Program-made: the position numbers and the translations under genes
In this document: positions 12,206 to 24,200 of the stretch, piece after piece
How positions within the stretch are numbered: position 1 is the first letter of the stretch
Layout of the letters: each line of letters starts with the position of its first letter
Notes under the pieces: generated by a model
What the model was told of the DNA's origin: nothing
Database searches by the model: none
Seen by the model: only the letters and a program-made list of their open reading frames with translations
Origin: Octopus sinensis
Taxonomy: Eukaryota
Length of the DNA stretch: 64,000 nucleotides
Assembly (NCBI RefSeq): GCF_006345805.1
Contig: NC_043007.1
Span: forward strand, 35,836,001-35,900,000
Direction of reading: 5' to 3'

Positions 12206-13375
12206 TGTATTTTTGTTATTTTTTATTTGCCCTGTCCGTGTGAGCTAACAATCGTACTGACTTTCATGGGAAACATGTATTTTTGTGGTTGAAACCTATT
12301 GGATTAACTGGTGCTAGAGTGAGCCATATAGTGACCACTCTCTTATATTTATTTTGTAAAAATATTATAATATATTATAAAATATTATAATAATCCAGGT
12401 TTCTCGGAGCACTAGGCCACTTGGTGTAGAATAGATATACTATTAAATTAGTATCTAATTCTCTCACCCTTATTAATTAATTATAATATATATATATATA
12501 TACACACATATATACGACGGGCTTCTTTCAGTTTCTGTCTACCAAATCCACTCACTAGGCTTTGGTCGGCCTGAGGCTATAGTAGAAGACACTTGCCCAA
12601 GGTGCCACGCAGTGGGACTGAACCCGGAACCATGTGGTTGGTAAGCAAGCTACTTACCACACAGCCAATCAAAAATAATTGTCATTATCAATCTAGCAAT
12701 TAAGGCAGCAATCTGGCAGAATTGCTAGCACGCCAGGAAACATGCTTAGCAGCATTTTGTCCATCTTTCTATGTTCTGAGTTCAAATTCCTTTAAGGTCT
12801 ACTTTGTCTTTCATCCTTTCAGGGTCGATGAAATAAACACCAGTTATGTAATGGGGTTAATATAATTGACTAGCTACCTCCCCCAAAATTTAAGACTTTG
12901 TGCTTAAAGTAGAAAGGATTATTAATTTGATGATTGGAATTTAAAATAACATGAAATTTAGATGAAAGGTTTCTTTTAGATCACTTTAAAACAGGAAGTC
13001 TGTATCACGGTACAAGGGGCTGTTTTGGGTGGGCTGGTATTAAAAGTATTAAAACAGACAGCTTGTATCATAGAACCAGGTGGCAAGGTTAGTACCATGA
13101 GGGTTAAAACAGGAAATTTGCAACACAGAACAGGGGGCAGCCTTAGGTAGGTTTGTATCAACAGGGTTAAAACAGGAAGTCTGTATCACAAAACTAGGGG
13201 CGGTTAACTCTTTAGCACATAAACTGGCCATAACCAGCCCGATATTCTATGTGTTTTATGCTAAAACTGACCAGATCCAACATCTTAGCAATATCATTCT
13301 AAAAATATAGTCTCAACATCAATATCATGACGCTACAAGATAATGCATGATTAATTCAAAACAATGTGAATAAAT

Positions 13376-13769
13376 CAAAATCAAAATCGATGACTGGCAT
13401 CCGTGCTAGCGGCGTGCAAAGAGCACCATACCAGTGTGATTGTTGCCAGAGTGGCTATCTGGCCTCCATGCCAGTGGCATGTAAAAGGCACTATTCGAGC
13501 ATGATCGTTACCAGCATCGCGTTACTGGCACCTGTGCCAGTGGCATGTGTAAAAGATTCGAGCGAGGTTGTTGCCAATACTGCTTGACTGGCACGTAAAA
13601 AGCACCCACTACACTCTCGGAGTGGTTGGTGTTAGGAAGGGCATCCAGCAGTAGAGACTCTGCCAGATCAAGATTGAAGCCTGGTGCAGCCATCTGGTTC
13701 GCCAGCCCTCAGTCAAATCGTCCAACCCATGCTAGCATGGAAAGCGGATGTTAAACGATGATGATGAAG
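13376..13769 (+). mobile_element. family C retroposon with tandem GTGCC.GTGGCAC modules and (GAT)n tail
   Basis: Modules, then GGAGTGGTTGG.GTTAGGAAGGGCATCCAGC..CCAACCCATGCTAGCATGGAAA..GTTAAACGATGATG; 13-bp TSD AATGTGAATAAAT. Confidence 0.85.
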
Positions 13770-14677
13770 AATGTGAATAAATAAGCATTATATTTGATGA
13801 AGTGAGCTGAATGTTAAAGGGTTAAGGCAGGTTTGTATGAAGAGAGTCAAGCAGCTGCCTCTTGTCTTAATGCCTTGTAAATGAAGTTTGGTACAGACAG
13901 AATAGCAATCACGAAATATGGATATCGATATGCTAATAAAGTCATATAAAATGATTCTGAACAAACATGCCATCAGGCTTCATTAGAGTCTTTACAAATA
14001 TACATTTTGATGTAGGCCAAGAAATATTGATTTATTAGAGCTGCTATACAAATTTTTTTTAAAGAGTTCTTAATTTTCAATTCAATACTAGCCGAGTTGT
14101 GTGTGTGAAGTTTATACCAATAGAAAGGGTACACAGCATAATTGTTTTGATTCGTTTCAATTTGTTTTATTTCTGTTTTGTGATAAACACATTAAGTGAT
14201 AACCACAGCTGTTTTATGCAATATATCCATATAGAAAATTGATGCATAAACTTCAAAGAATACATCCTCAATATGAAGAGCTCAATTAATACATATTGTT
14301 AAACTCAAATACTTTATTATACTGCAATAAATCCAAGTGGGACCAACTTGGATGTATATACATAATCAGCTAAAACAATCTTTAAGAACAGCACATCTAG
14401 CATAAAAAGCATAAAATTGCATATGGAGTTCATACATTAATTGTATTCAGCAGCTGTTTCATTATGATAAACACAATTAAATGTATAATGATATAACTGT
14501 AATTCATTTAATTCAAACTGTAAAACAGTGTTTACTCAAACCATCAAGAATATTATGTTATGTTAATTAGAAAGACATTACTGATTATATAATAGAGAAT
14601 TTTAAATGCTGCCTTCCTGCTGTTGCAAAACATTGACACTAAGGTGCGAAACTCAAACTTAAGTCTATATATATATA

Positions 14678-14708
<31 letters not shown>

Positions 14709-14835
14709 AAATCATCATCATCGTTTAACATCCGTTTTTCGTGCTTTACGGATTCTCTTTCGGACATTTACCCTCTGGCTGCACCTCTCCTACCTACGGA
14801 TCACTGTGGACTCTACTATATATATATATATATAT

Positions 14836-15680
14836 AAGGTGGTTGTCTACTCCTTGTGCAGAGTTTAACCACCTCCTGTACCTGCATCTTAACACCATCA
14901 TGGTATCTGATGTGGCTTTTTAAACCAGACAATGTTCTGAAAAGACACCCACATAGATTGTACCTCCAATCTGGACCACCAAGAACTGTAGGTAAGTTCT
15001 GCTCTTTGTGGATCTTAAAATATCTTTTGAGGCCTTTATTGGATTTGCAAACCTTTTGGCATACACTTCATTCAAAGGGGTGCACAGACATATAGGCAGA
15101 ATAGTTGGTGGAGGTTCGTTTTCCATGCGTTTGCAGATGAGATTTGAGCCCAGCAAAAAACAGGCGAGGTCTGTCACAGACTATACACACAAAAAGGCCA
15201 TTGTCATTTGCCCTCTCGATCGTTACATTCTTCCTTAGATCTCTTTTGAGTCTTACTTGCATTATCTTGGCCTCTTCAAATGCTTTCACTCTACTCCACA
15301 CCTTTGTTCACCATCCAACTCGATCCAAAGTAAGGGTTTCTATATCTTCTGGAACCATTCCAAGTGACTTCATAGTAGTCCTTATGCCATCCTTATATAT
15401 ATATTCTAGATGTTCAAATGGGATGGGTGGGAATACTGCCGTCACCTAGCACAAGTGGATGAGTCTATTTTTGATGCTCAGAGGGGATACTGTAGTTGTC
15501 TGGTGCATGCAGGCATGTCTATTTTAGATACTGTAGTTTGTAACAAAGTATTCCTGAATATTCTGTTAATTCTATTCTATTTCCTGTATATTCCCATCCA
15601 TTTCAACAATGAATATACCAGTATTTGCTTATTGACTTAAAAATCAGCGAAGAGCTAATGGCAGAATTTGGCACCTTTAC
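14836..15680 (-). mobile_element. decayed RTE-clade LINE 3' region
   Basis: Fragments WSRVKAFEEA and C2H2-like CIVCDRPRLFFAGLKSHLQTH resemble RTE/BovB ORF C-termini; many stops. Confidence 0.6.
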
Positions 15681-15799
15681 TGGTTTACAGGTAAGTGTTC
15701 TACCTGCATCACATTCTTGCATTCAACTTCCTCGTTCTTATTTTGCAAAATAAAAAACTCAGATGGAATCCAGGCAGGAGCAACTATCACATCCTGCTG

Positions 15800-17600
15800 G
15801 TTATAAAGCCGTTGGTTATTGAATACACTAGAATACACAGCAATAGAACTACTACTAGGAGTTTTAGACCATCATCTACTGAAAGTATCAAGACTTTAGG
15901 ATGAACAAAATACAATTTTTAAAAGAGGAATTGTTAAATTATCAAAACTGGAAGAATAACCAAATGCTTAGACTATTGACAACAGAAATTCTGGGAGTGT
16001 TTTATCAACAATGATGATTAATACTTTTGAAGTAAAGAAAATTATACAAGATTTAACCCTTTCGATACAAACCTGGCTGAAACCGGCTCTGGCTCTGTAG
16101 TACAAATGTCTTGTTTTCATAAATTTAGAATTAAAAACTTCCATCAAACCTTTGTCACAATTTATGTTCCTAACACTAGCTTAATGATGACTAAGTTATT
16201 TTACTAAATTCTTTGTTGTATTTCAAATTAATTGAAAGAAACACAGAGCATCTCAAAATAAATACGGTAATGAAAGGGTTAAAAATAACAGATTTCAAAA
16301 AGATTTATGAAAAGACACAATTTACAATTGCATACAAGAACTAGAATTTCCCAGAAAATGTCCAAAGCTTGTGAAGATAAAATATTGGAATTTCACAAGT
16401 TTCATAAAGACGAGAAAGCAGAAAGATTTTGAAATGGCACAAAATTGAAAACCTGGATGAAATTCCTCTCAATTTTGATGCTCTGTCAACTGTCAGTTTT
16501 TAAATGATCCAGAACTATCGTAAAACAACTGGACATTAAAAATATATTATACCATCATTCTGACTTATAGAGCTAGTAGGAATATGAGAGCATGTGCTGT
16601 AAAAGTACACCACTGCATCCACCATTTGTTGGTGATTCACAACTCTTGGTAGATAAAACCTTTGCATCACTCACATAACAACCTTTCTAGCCTAAGGGTG
16701 TGTTTGGATAGTTGTTGCTTGTGAGGGTTTTACGAGGTCACAGTGCAAATCCTATTTAGTCACCTTTTATGATATGCAGAGGAAGTATTGGGTCTATTTT
16801 TTTGACATGCCCGCCCCCACACAGTGCTAGACCAACATGAGGTGAAGTGTTTTGCTCAAGAACACAACATATCATCCAGCCCAGGAATCAAACCCACGAC
16901 CTGGCAATTGTGAGTGCAGCATTCTAACTACTAGGCCATGTGCCATTTCACAAGCCTCATGAAGGCTTGTGAAATGGTAAAATGGCTTGTTGATGGTAAA
17001 AAATTACCTTCCCTTTTCAACAAAAAGATGTTTCCAAAGACAAATTTATCTTAATGTATTTTTGGTCATGTTTATCCTTAAAATTGGATGGATGAACAAG
17101 GAATGAAAATTTGGAGGCAGAAAGTATGGAGAAGATATCCTAGTGGGATACTAAACAAGCCATTTTCACTAGTTCATTTTCTCTAAATCAGTTCAGAGCT
17201 CATATCACTGAGTGAACAAAAATACTTCATAATTATAATACCCAAACTGCAATGATTCCTGGTTTATAAATGCAACCACTGGATCTGTTTATCAAAAAAC
17301 CCATTAAAGAATTCATGAGTGAAGTGTTTACTGATTTCACCAAGTGAGCAACCATTCACTCCCACTGGTTGAGTAAAATATCCTAATATTACACTCATCT
17401 ATGAGTAGACAAAGAAATCTTGCGAGGACTATTAAAGAAAAAGTTACTATGAAGGTTTTTTGAGAAATGTGGCTTAAGTAACAATTTATATGACACTGAA
17501 AATTATATCTATGTATAAGATTCTGAGATGAAAGAAAACTTCTCAGAATTCAAAGATATTGCCAAATTTCTAGGTTTTGAAGAAAGTAGCTGCTGAAAAG
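15800..17600 (+). pseudogene. decayed pogo/Tigger-type DDE transposase
   Basis: Frameshifted fragments RFMKRHNLQLHTRTRISQK, NLDEIPLNFD, WMDEQGMKIWRQKVWRR, QFRAHIT, QPLDLFIKKPIKEFM, FEKCGLSNNL are typical of pogo DDE_1 transposases; interrupted by a MITE and a SINE. Confidence 0.75.
16057..16278. mobile_element. piggyBac-like MITE (short family)
   Basis: TTAA|CCCTTTCG...TGAAAGGG|TTAA; inserted in a pogo remnant. Confidence 0.75.
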
Positions 17601-17817
17601 TGATTTATGGTTTAAGATTTCTTTTTATGAGTTTCTTCATTACATTTACACTATTCTTTTTTGTTTAACAATTGAAGCTTATGATTTTCTTTCCATTAAA
17701 ATTTTTTCGACATTATTCTTTTATTTGCCTGTTTTTTTGGTTTTTTTATATACATAAATATGTGGTGACATGATTCCAGTTAGCCTTTTTATTAATTAAA
17801 TGCCTATATTTTATCTT

Positions 17818-18200
17818 GTGGAGGCGCAATGGCCCAGTGGTTAGGGCAGCGGACTCTCGGTCGTAGGATCGCGGTTTCGATTTCCAGACCGGGCGTTGTG
17901 AGTGTTTATTGAGCGAAAACACCTAAAGCTCCACGAGGCTCCAGCAGGGATGGTGGTGATCCCTGCTGTACTCTTTCACCACAACTTTCTCTCACTCTTA
18001 CTTCCTGTTTCTGTTGTACCTGTATTTCAAAGGGCCGGCCTTGTCACTCTCTGTGTCACGCTGAATATCCCCGAGAACTACGTTAGGGGTACACATGTCT
18101 GTGGAGTGCTCACCCACTTGCACGTTAATTTCACGAGCAGGCTGTTCCGTTGATCGGATCAACCGGAACCCTCATCGTCATAACCGACAGAGTGCTTCCA
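17818..18200 (+). mobile_element. tRNA-derived SINE (family D)
   Basis: Same head and body as 6033-6413; perfect 12-bp TSD ATATTTTATCTT. Confidence 0.9.
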
Positions 18201-21200
18201 ATATTTTATCTTACAGAAACCCCAAATATTTTAAATGGAAACCCTTTTGCGATACACTGTTATAGACCAAACCAAAAACAAAGAAGCATGGAGAAAAGCA
18301 GCCTGCTTATGTCACTAAAAATTAGTTCACTATCACAGCATCATCAATTTTATCATCAGAGGGAACTTCAATATGGCTGTTCAACCCTGCTAGAAATAGC
18401 AGCTAAATTTCTCTCAAAGTACACTACATTGCTTTCAACAAGGAACGTTTATATTAAATAATGTATATCCCACAAACTTCTTAAAAAGACAGGATGGTTA
18501 CAGATGGAATGTCTTTGATCACAGGCCAGTTAAATCAGATCTGATCTGATGCGATGCCAAACAACACTGTCATCATTTTAAATGTCCATTTCTCCCATCT
18601 TAGCATGGATTCGATAAATCTGCGGTACAGAAAAATTGAGCAAAATAAAAAGAAAAGTAAAAAAAAAAGAAGAAGAAAAACTTCAACTACATCAGATGAG
18701 ATTCCTACTTCCATTTAATTGTGCCATAATGAGAAGATATAACTTAATTAAGTCAAAATTAATTAATTTAATCAAAAGGAAATTGTTTGAACATAAGTGA
18801 TCTGTATGTGAATATATTTTACACTACAGACATTAGTCACCAATATTTGAAACTGTGTGAATGTATTTCTCTCTATATGAGATCAATATCTGAAAATATT
18901 TTACTCTGTTAATTAATATACTCACCAACAGCTGAAAGTATTGTTGTCGTTCTTATGCCGCTCCAGCTGAGCTCCAATCAAATGATTAGATGTGACACAC
19001 AGATCTACTTTACCACTCATAAAATACTCTAACTGAAGACGAGACTGTACACTCCAACAAGCATGGAGTAGGTACCCTACTCCATGGAATAGGTACCCTA
19101 ACCCTGTTACCCTTTCCAATATCCAGTTTTCTTATTCTGTATACCTGTTGATTCTGGCAGTGGCAACGGTTGAGAAGGAAATGTAAGCTTGATCAACCCT
19201 TTTGATACCAACTCATTTGAAACTGTTCTTTGGTTCCCTGATACAAATTCTCTATTTTAAAGTGATATAAACAAAGCCTTCCATCAAAATTTCACATTAA
19301 TTCATATTCCAGACACCAGCATAAAATGGTTTCAAATTTTGGCACAAGGCCAGCAATTATAAGGGAAGGACTAAGTCAATTACATCAACCCCAGTCCTCA
19401 ACTGGTACTTATTTTATCAACACTTAAAAGGATGAAATGCAAAGTCAACCATGGTGGAATTTGAACTCACTGAGTGGTTGGCATTAGGAAGGGCATCCAG
19501 CTGTAGAAACACTGCCAAATCAGACTGGTGCCTGGTGCAGCCTCCTGGCTTCCCAGACCCTGGTCGAACCGTCCAACCCGTGCTAGCACGGAAAACGGAC
19601 ATTAAACGATGATGATGATGAGGAGGAGGAGGAATGTAAAGACAAGGCAGAATGCACTTAAGAATTTTGACTGTCGTGCTAATGATTCTGCCAGCTCACT
19701 ACCTCGCATCAGCATATAATGACAGTAATTTTAACAAATTCTTCACTATTTTAAAAGTTAATTGCAAATAAGGTAGTATGTTTCAACATAACTAAGGTGA
19801 CAAAATAGTTAAAGTTCAACAACAGCTGTTCCTCCATACTTGTTATTGGTAGTGTGCATCCATGCGCAACATGTTTGGGCTGGTGAAGCTATTGAGGTTG
19901 CAGCTATTTCTGCGTGTCTGTGTTATTTAACGTTTGTCTGTGACAGGATGCTGTTGCAGTAGAGTCCAGATGATTAGGGAGTGATAATTTACAAAGAACC
20001 ATCAGACTGTGATCGTTGCAAGAGCAGCTGATTGGTTTCCGTGCCGGTAGCACATAAAAAGTACCATTCGAGCGTGATTGTTACCAGCATCACCTTACTG
20101 GCACGTGAAAAAACATTCGAGCAAGATCGTTGCCAGTGCCGCTGAACTGGCTCCTGTGCAGGTGGCACGTAAAAAACACCATGAGCATGGCCGTTGCCAG
20201 TACCACCTGACTGGCCCTCGTGCCGGTGGCACATAAAAGCATCCACTATACTCTCAGAGTGGTTGGCATTAGGAAGGGCATCCAGCTGTTGAAACTCTGC
20301 CAGATCAGATTGGAGCCTGGGGCAGCCATCCGGTTCACCCATCCTCAGTCAAATCGTCCAACCCATACTAGCATGGAAAGCCGACGATGATGATGATGAT
20401 GATGAAGGAATGTGAGAGGTAAAATTTGCATGTCCAAGAGGTCATTTGTCTTTTGTACTGCTGTGTTGATATGTAATACACTGTATTACATAACTTGTGG
20501 TTTGTTTGGGTGAGATTGCATGTCCAGAGGACTGATTAGTCTATGATATATCTCATATGTTGTTTGTATACAATTATTGTGGTTTGTAACTGTAAGCAAA
20601 AATTTGTCATCTGTGAGTGATCTAAATGTGTTTATGCGTCAAGTTGCTTTCTTTACTACATTAGACACAAGAGTGGCAGTTGTTAAGAAGCTTGCATCTC
20701 AACCAAGTAGTCTAGAGTTCAACCAAAGCCATTTGAGTGGATCTGGTGGATGAAAACAAGAAGCCCATCACACACACACATGTATGTGCCTGTGTAAGCA
20801 ATATTTCTCCATGGCCGGAAATGTTTTCCACAGAAGTTTGGAAACAAGCAACATCGCTTATATGATGGTGATATTTGTTTACAACCTATTTCTTTATTAC
20901 GCACAAGGGGCTAAACATAGAGGTGACAGACATAGGTATTAAGTCGATTTCATTGACCCCCAGTGCGTAACTGGTACTTGTTTAATCGACCCCAAAAGGA
21001 TGAAAGGCAAAGTTGACCTCGGCGGAATTTGAACTCACAACGTAACGGCAGACGAAATACCGCTAAGCATTTCGCCCGGCGCGCTAACGTTTCTGCCAGC
21101 TCGCCGCCTAATCCTCATATTTGATTACAACCATCACATGCACGTACACAAACATACACGTATGTGCCTCTGTGTGTGTGTGTACCTTCGTCTTGATGTC

Positions 21201-24200
21201 ACATGATGTTTGTAAACAAATATCACCATCATATAAGCGATGTTGTTTGTTTCCAGACTTCTGTGGAAGACATTTCTGGCCATGGAGAAATATGACTTTG
21301 CTTGGAAACAAATGAAAAATTGGCAACAAGATGGGCAGCCAGTCATAGAAAAGTCTACTTCAATGAATTCCATCTGATCCCCATGCAAGCATGGAAAAGA
21401 GAACGTTAAATGATGGTGATAATGATAATGATTGTTCTTATGTATATTATGGTTGTTGTGAAGGAGTTGTATGTAACATCTAGTGTTTTTGTCTCCTGTA
21501 TCTAAGATACATTTATTGTGTTATGTGTGACGGTTAGGCGGCGAGCTAGCAGTAACGTTAGTACGCTGGGCGAAATGTTTAGCGGTATTTCGTCTGCCGC
21601 TACGTTCTGAGTTCAAATTCCGCCGAGGTCGACTTTGCTTTTCAAACTTTCGGGGTCGATTAAATAAATACCAGTTACGCACTGGGATCGATATAATCGA
21701 CTTAATCTGTTTGTCTGTCCTTGTTCGTCCCCTCTGTGTTTAGCCCCTTGTGGGTAGTAAAGAAATAGGTTAGTGATATTTGATGTTCTTTGATATTGGA
21801 GAGAGGGAGAGAGACAGACTGAGATATGGTGGATTTGGGTGGTGCTACTTGAAGTCTGCTACTCTGTTTTGGAGTCAGGCTTCTGAAAGTGACTGACATA
21901 GATTTGGAATAGTTGTGCTGCATTGTCAGAATAGAGGAGGGATGCGAGTTTTGATGAGGTGTAGTATTGACTGTGTAGGTATAGGTTAAGGAATTTGCTT
22001 CTCAAACACATGGTTCCAGGTTCAGTCCCATTGCATGGCATCTTGGGTGAGTGCCTTCTACTGTAGCCAACCAAAAGCCTTGTAAGAGGATCTGGTAGAC
22101 AAAAACTAAGAAAGTACTAGGCTTACAAAGAATAAGTCCTGGGGTCGGTTTGCTCGACTAAAGGCAGTGCTCCATTATGGCCACAGTCAAATGACAAAAA
22201 CAAGTAAAAGAGTATGTGTGTGTGTATGTATGTATGTATGTATGTATACACACACACACACACATACACGACGGGCTTCTTTCAGTTTCCGTCAACCAAA
22301 TCCACTCACAAAGCTACGGTCAGCCCAGAGCTATTAGAAGGCACTTGCCCAAGGGCTACTACGCAAGATACTTTTCTTTCTTTTTCTATGCATTTTACAT
22401 TTCTTAACAATTATAAGCCCATCCACATCAGCAAGATATTGTGTTGCTATGTAAGCGCGCGTGTGTAGGTACGAGAGAGAGAGAGATAGGAAGATAGGAG
22501 AGATAGCAAGAAAGAGTAAGTGGGTGTATGTGCGTGTGAAGGAGTGGGTGTTCGTTTGAAGAGGTTTTGAAGGGTGAATGTATGTCTGTGAACATATTTC
22601 TATTGAATATCATCTTTCTCGTAAATCATGCCTCAGCTATTAAGTGATCACAAAGTAATATCACCTTTACTTATAAAAAAAAAAAAACCCAAATGTCAGA
22701 GAAAAATTATGGAGAGAAAAAAATATAATTTTGCTTTGTAATTATTGATATAAAAAAAAATGTGAATTTCCTACCTTGTGTAGATTTTATCATGGTACAA
22801 TGGACATTCAAGGAATACATAAATAAATAGGGGACTAGTTTGGCAGTTGGATGACGTTGGATGATGAAGAAGAAAGATAATGATTGCGATGGTGATAATG
22901 ATGATGGATGGATATTAATTATTCACTTGAAGACTGGGCTGTCTCCAAAACAATTTCCATCTCACAGCACATTACAGCTGATCTATTATTTTTTTTTTCG
23001 TTACGAATAAACAAACCAGATTTTATTTTCCGTGTGCACTTTTCATAACATCTCAATATTTGGTTGTTTTTTTTTTCTTTTCTTAAGCCATTGCTATACA
23101 CATTTTTTTTTTTTCTCTTTCTACTTTCACTTCAATACACTACCAACTGATATGTTTTCACCCAAGTGACAACAACCAAGCTTCTTTCTACAAGCTTCAC
23201 CTTTCAATATCCTTCAGGCGGCAAGTCTTCACATGCTTTTTATACTGCAGCTAGACATGCTAGACATGATATAACTAGCTTCAACTTTCAATATCTTACA
23301 GACAGGTCTTCATATGAGATTTTACTTCAGCCAAGCTAGACACTTTTACAAAAGTTCTTTCATTTCAACAAAGATCTAGCCAACTTTTTGTTTGTTAAGT
23401 GTTTTTTCTTTCTTTTTTTCCCCCCTTTTTATTTTCCTTTTATAATTCAGTCAAGCGAAGCAAATTTCAGCAAAGCTCTTTAAACTTAAACTACTCTACA
23501 CGCAATTTTACTTCAACCAAGCAGCAGCAAGACAACTTCGTGCATGCACGTTCCTTTCACTTTCAGCTTACTCCAGACAAGATCCAACCTGTTCTGTCTT
23601 CAGCCAAGCTCCAGACACGTCTGAACAGATAAACAGCTAACATCCCCGCCGCACCCAAGTTATAAACAAGTCTTGACATGTTCTGTTACTTTCAGCAGGG
23701 ACTTGCACAGACTTGTACTATGCAAGCCCCCACTTCCATAAAACACGTCTCAACATGTCTGTGCAAGCCTTCCTTCACTAAACAAGTCTCAACATGTTCG
23801 TTTATTGCTATACCCAAGCTGGGAACGTGTCTGTGCAGGCTTTTGTTACTGTCTCAGCGTGCAGCTGAAAGACAAGTTTCAACATGAAATTTTAAAATTC
23901 AAAGTTGTTTTGAAACATGTTCCTGACGACACATGACGTCTAAAAAGTATATAAGTGCATATAACGCCTTTTATATATATTTTTATATATATTATCTTTT
24001 TAATAATTTTGATATATATTTTAAATAATATAAATTAATTAATCTTATGTATTGGCTTAAGTTTTTCATTGTATGATTTGCCTAATAGTGGCTTTATCTC
24101 TAATTTAATATAATATATATATATATAGTAATTATTATTTGAGGGAATCTACCAATTATATACCTTATATATATATATATATATATAATGTATATAAAGG

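Larger units (their letters stand above)
11291..12487. mobile_element. hammerhead-bearing Penelope-like/retrozyme-type insertion (inverted + partial tandem copies of a 535-bp unit)
   Basis: 11291-11768 is the reverse complement of 11878-12355 (478-bp arms). 11768-11952 equals 12303-12487 (185-bp direct repeat, period 535). Inserted in the (TA)n core of a SINE; no TSD seen; no ORF. Confidence 0.7.

Noticed and set aside
17818-17895. tRNA-like sequences with A/B boxes (also 6340-6413, 29332-29400, 37123-37200, 59493-59560)
   Set aside because: They continue into SINE bodies with TSDs and lack a complete acceptor stem; these are SINE heads, not tRNA genes.
18922-19119. Minus-strand ORF ending at a gtgagt donor as Bax exon 1
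   Set aside because: The phase-1 frame needed to join the 9515 exon has a stop and no ATG; there is no Bax similarity.
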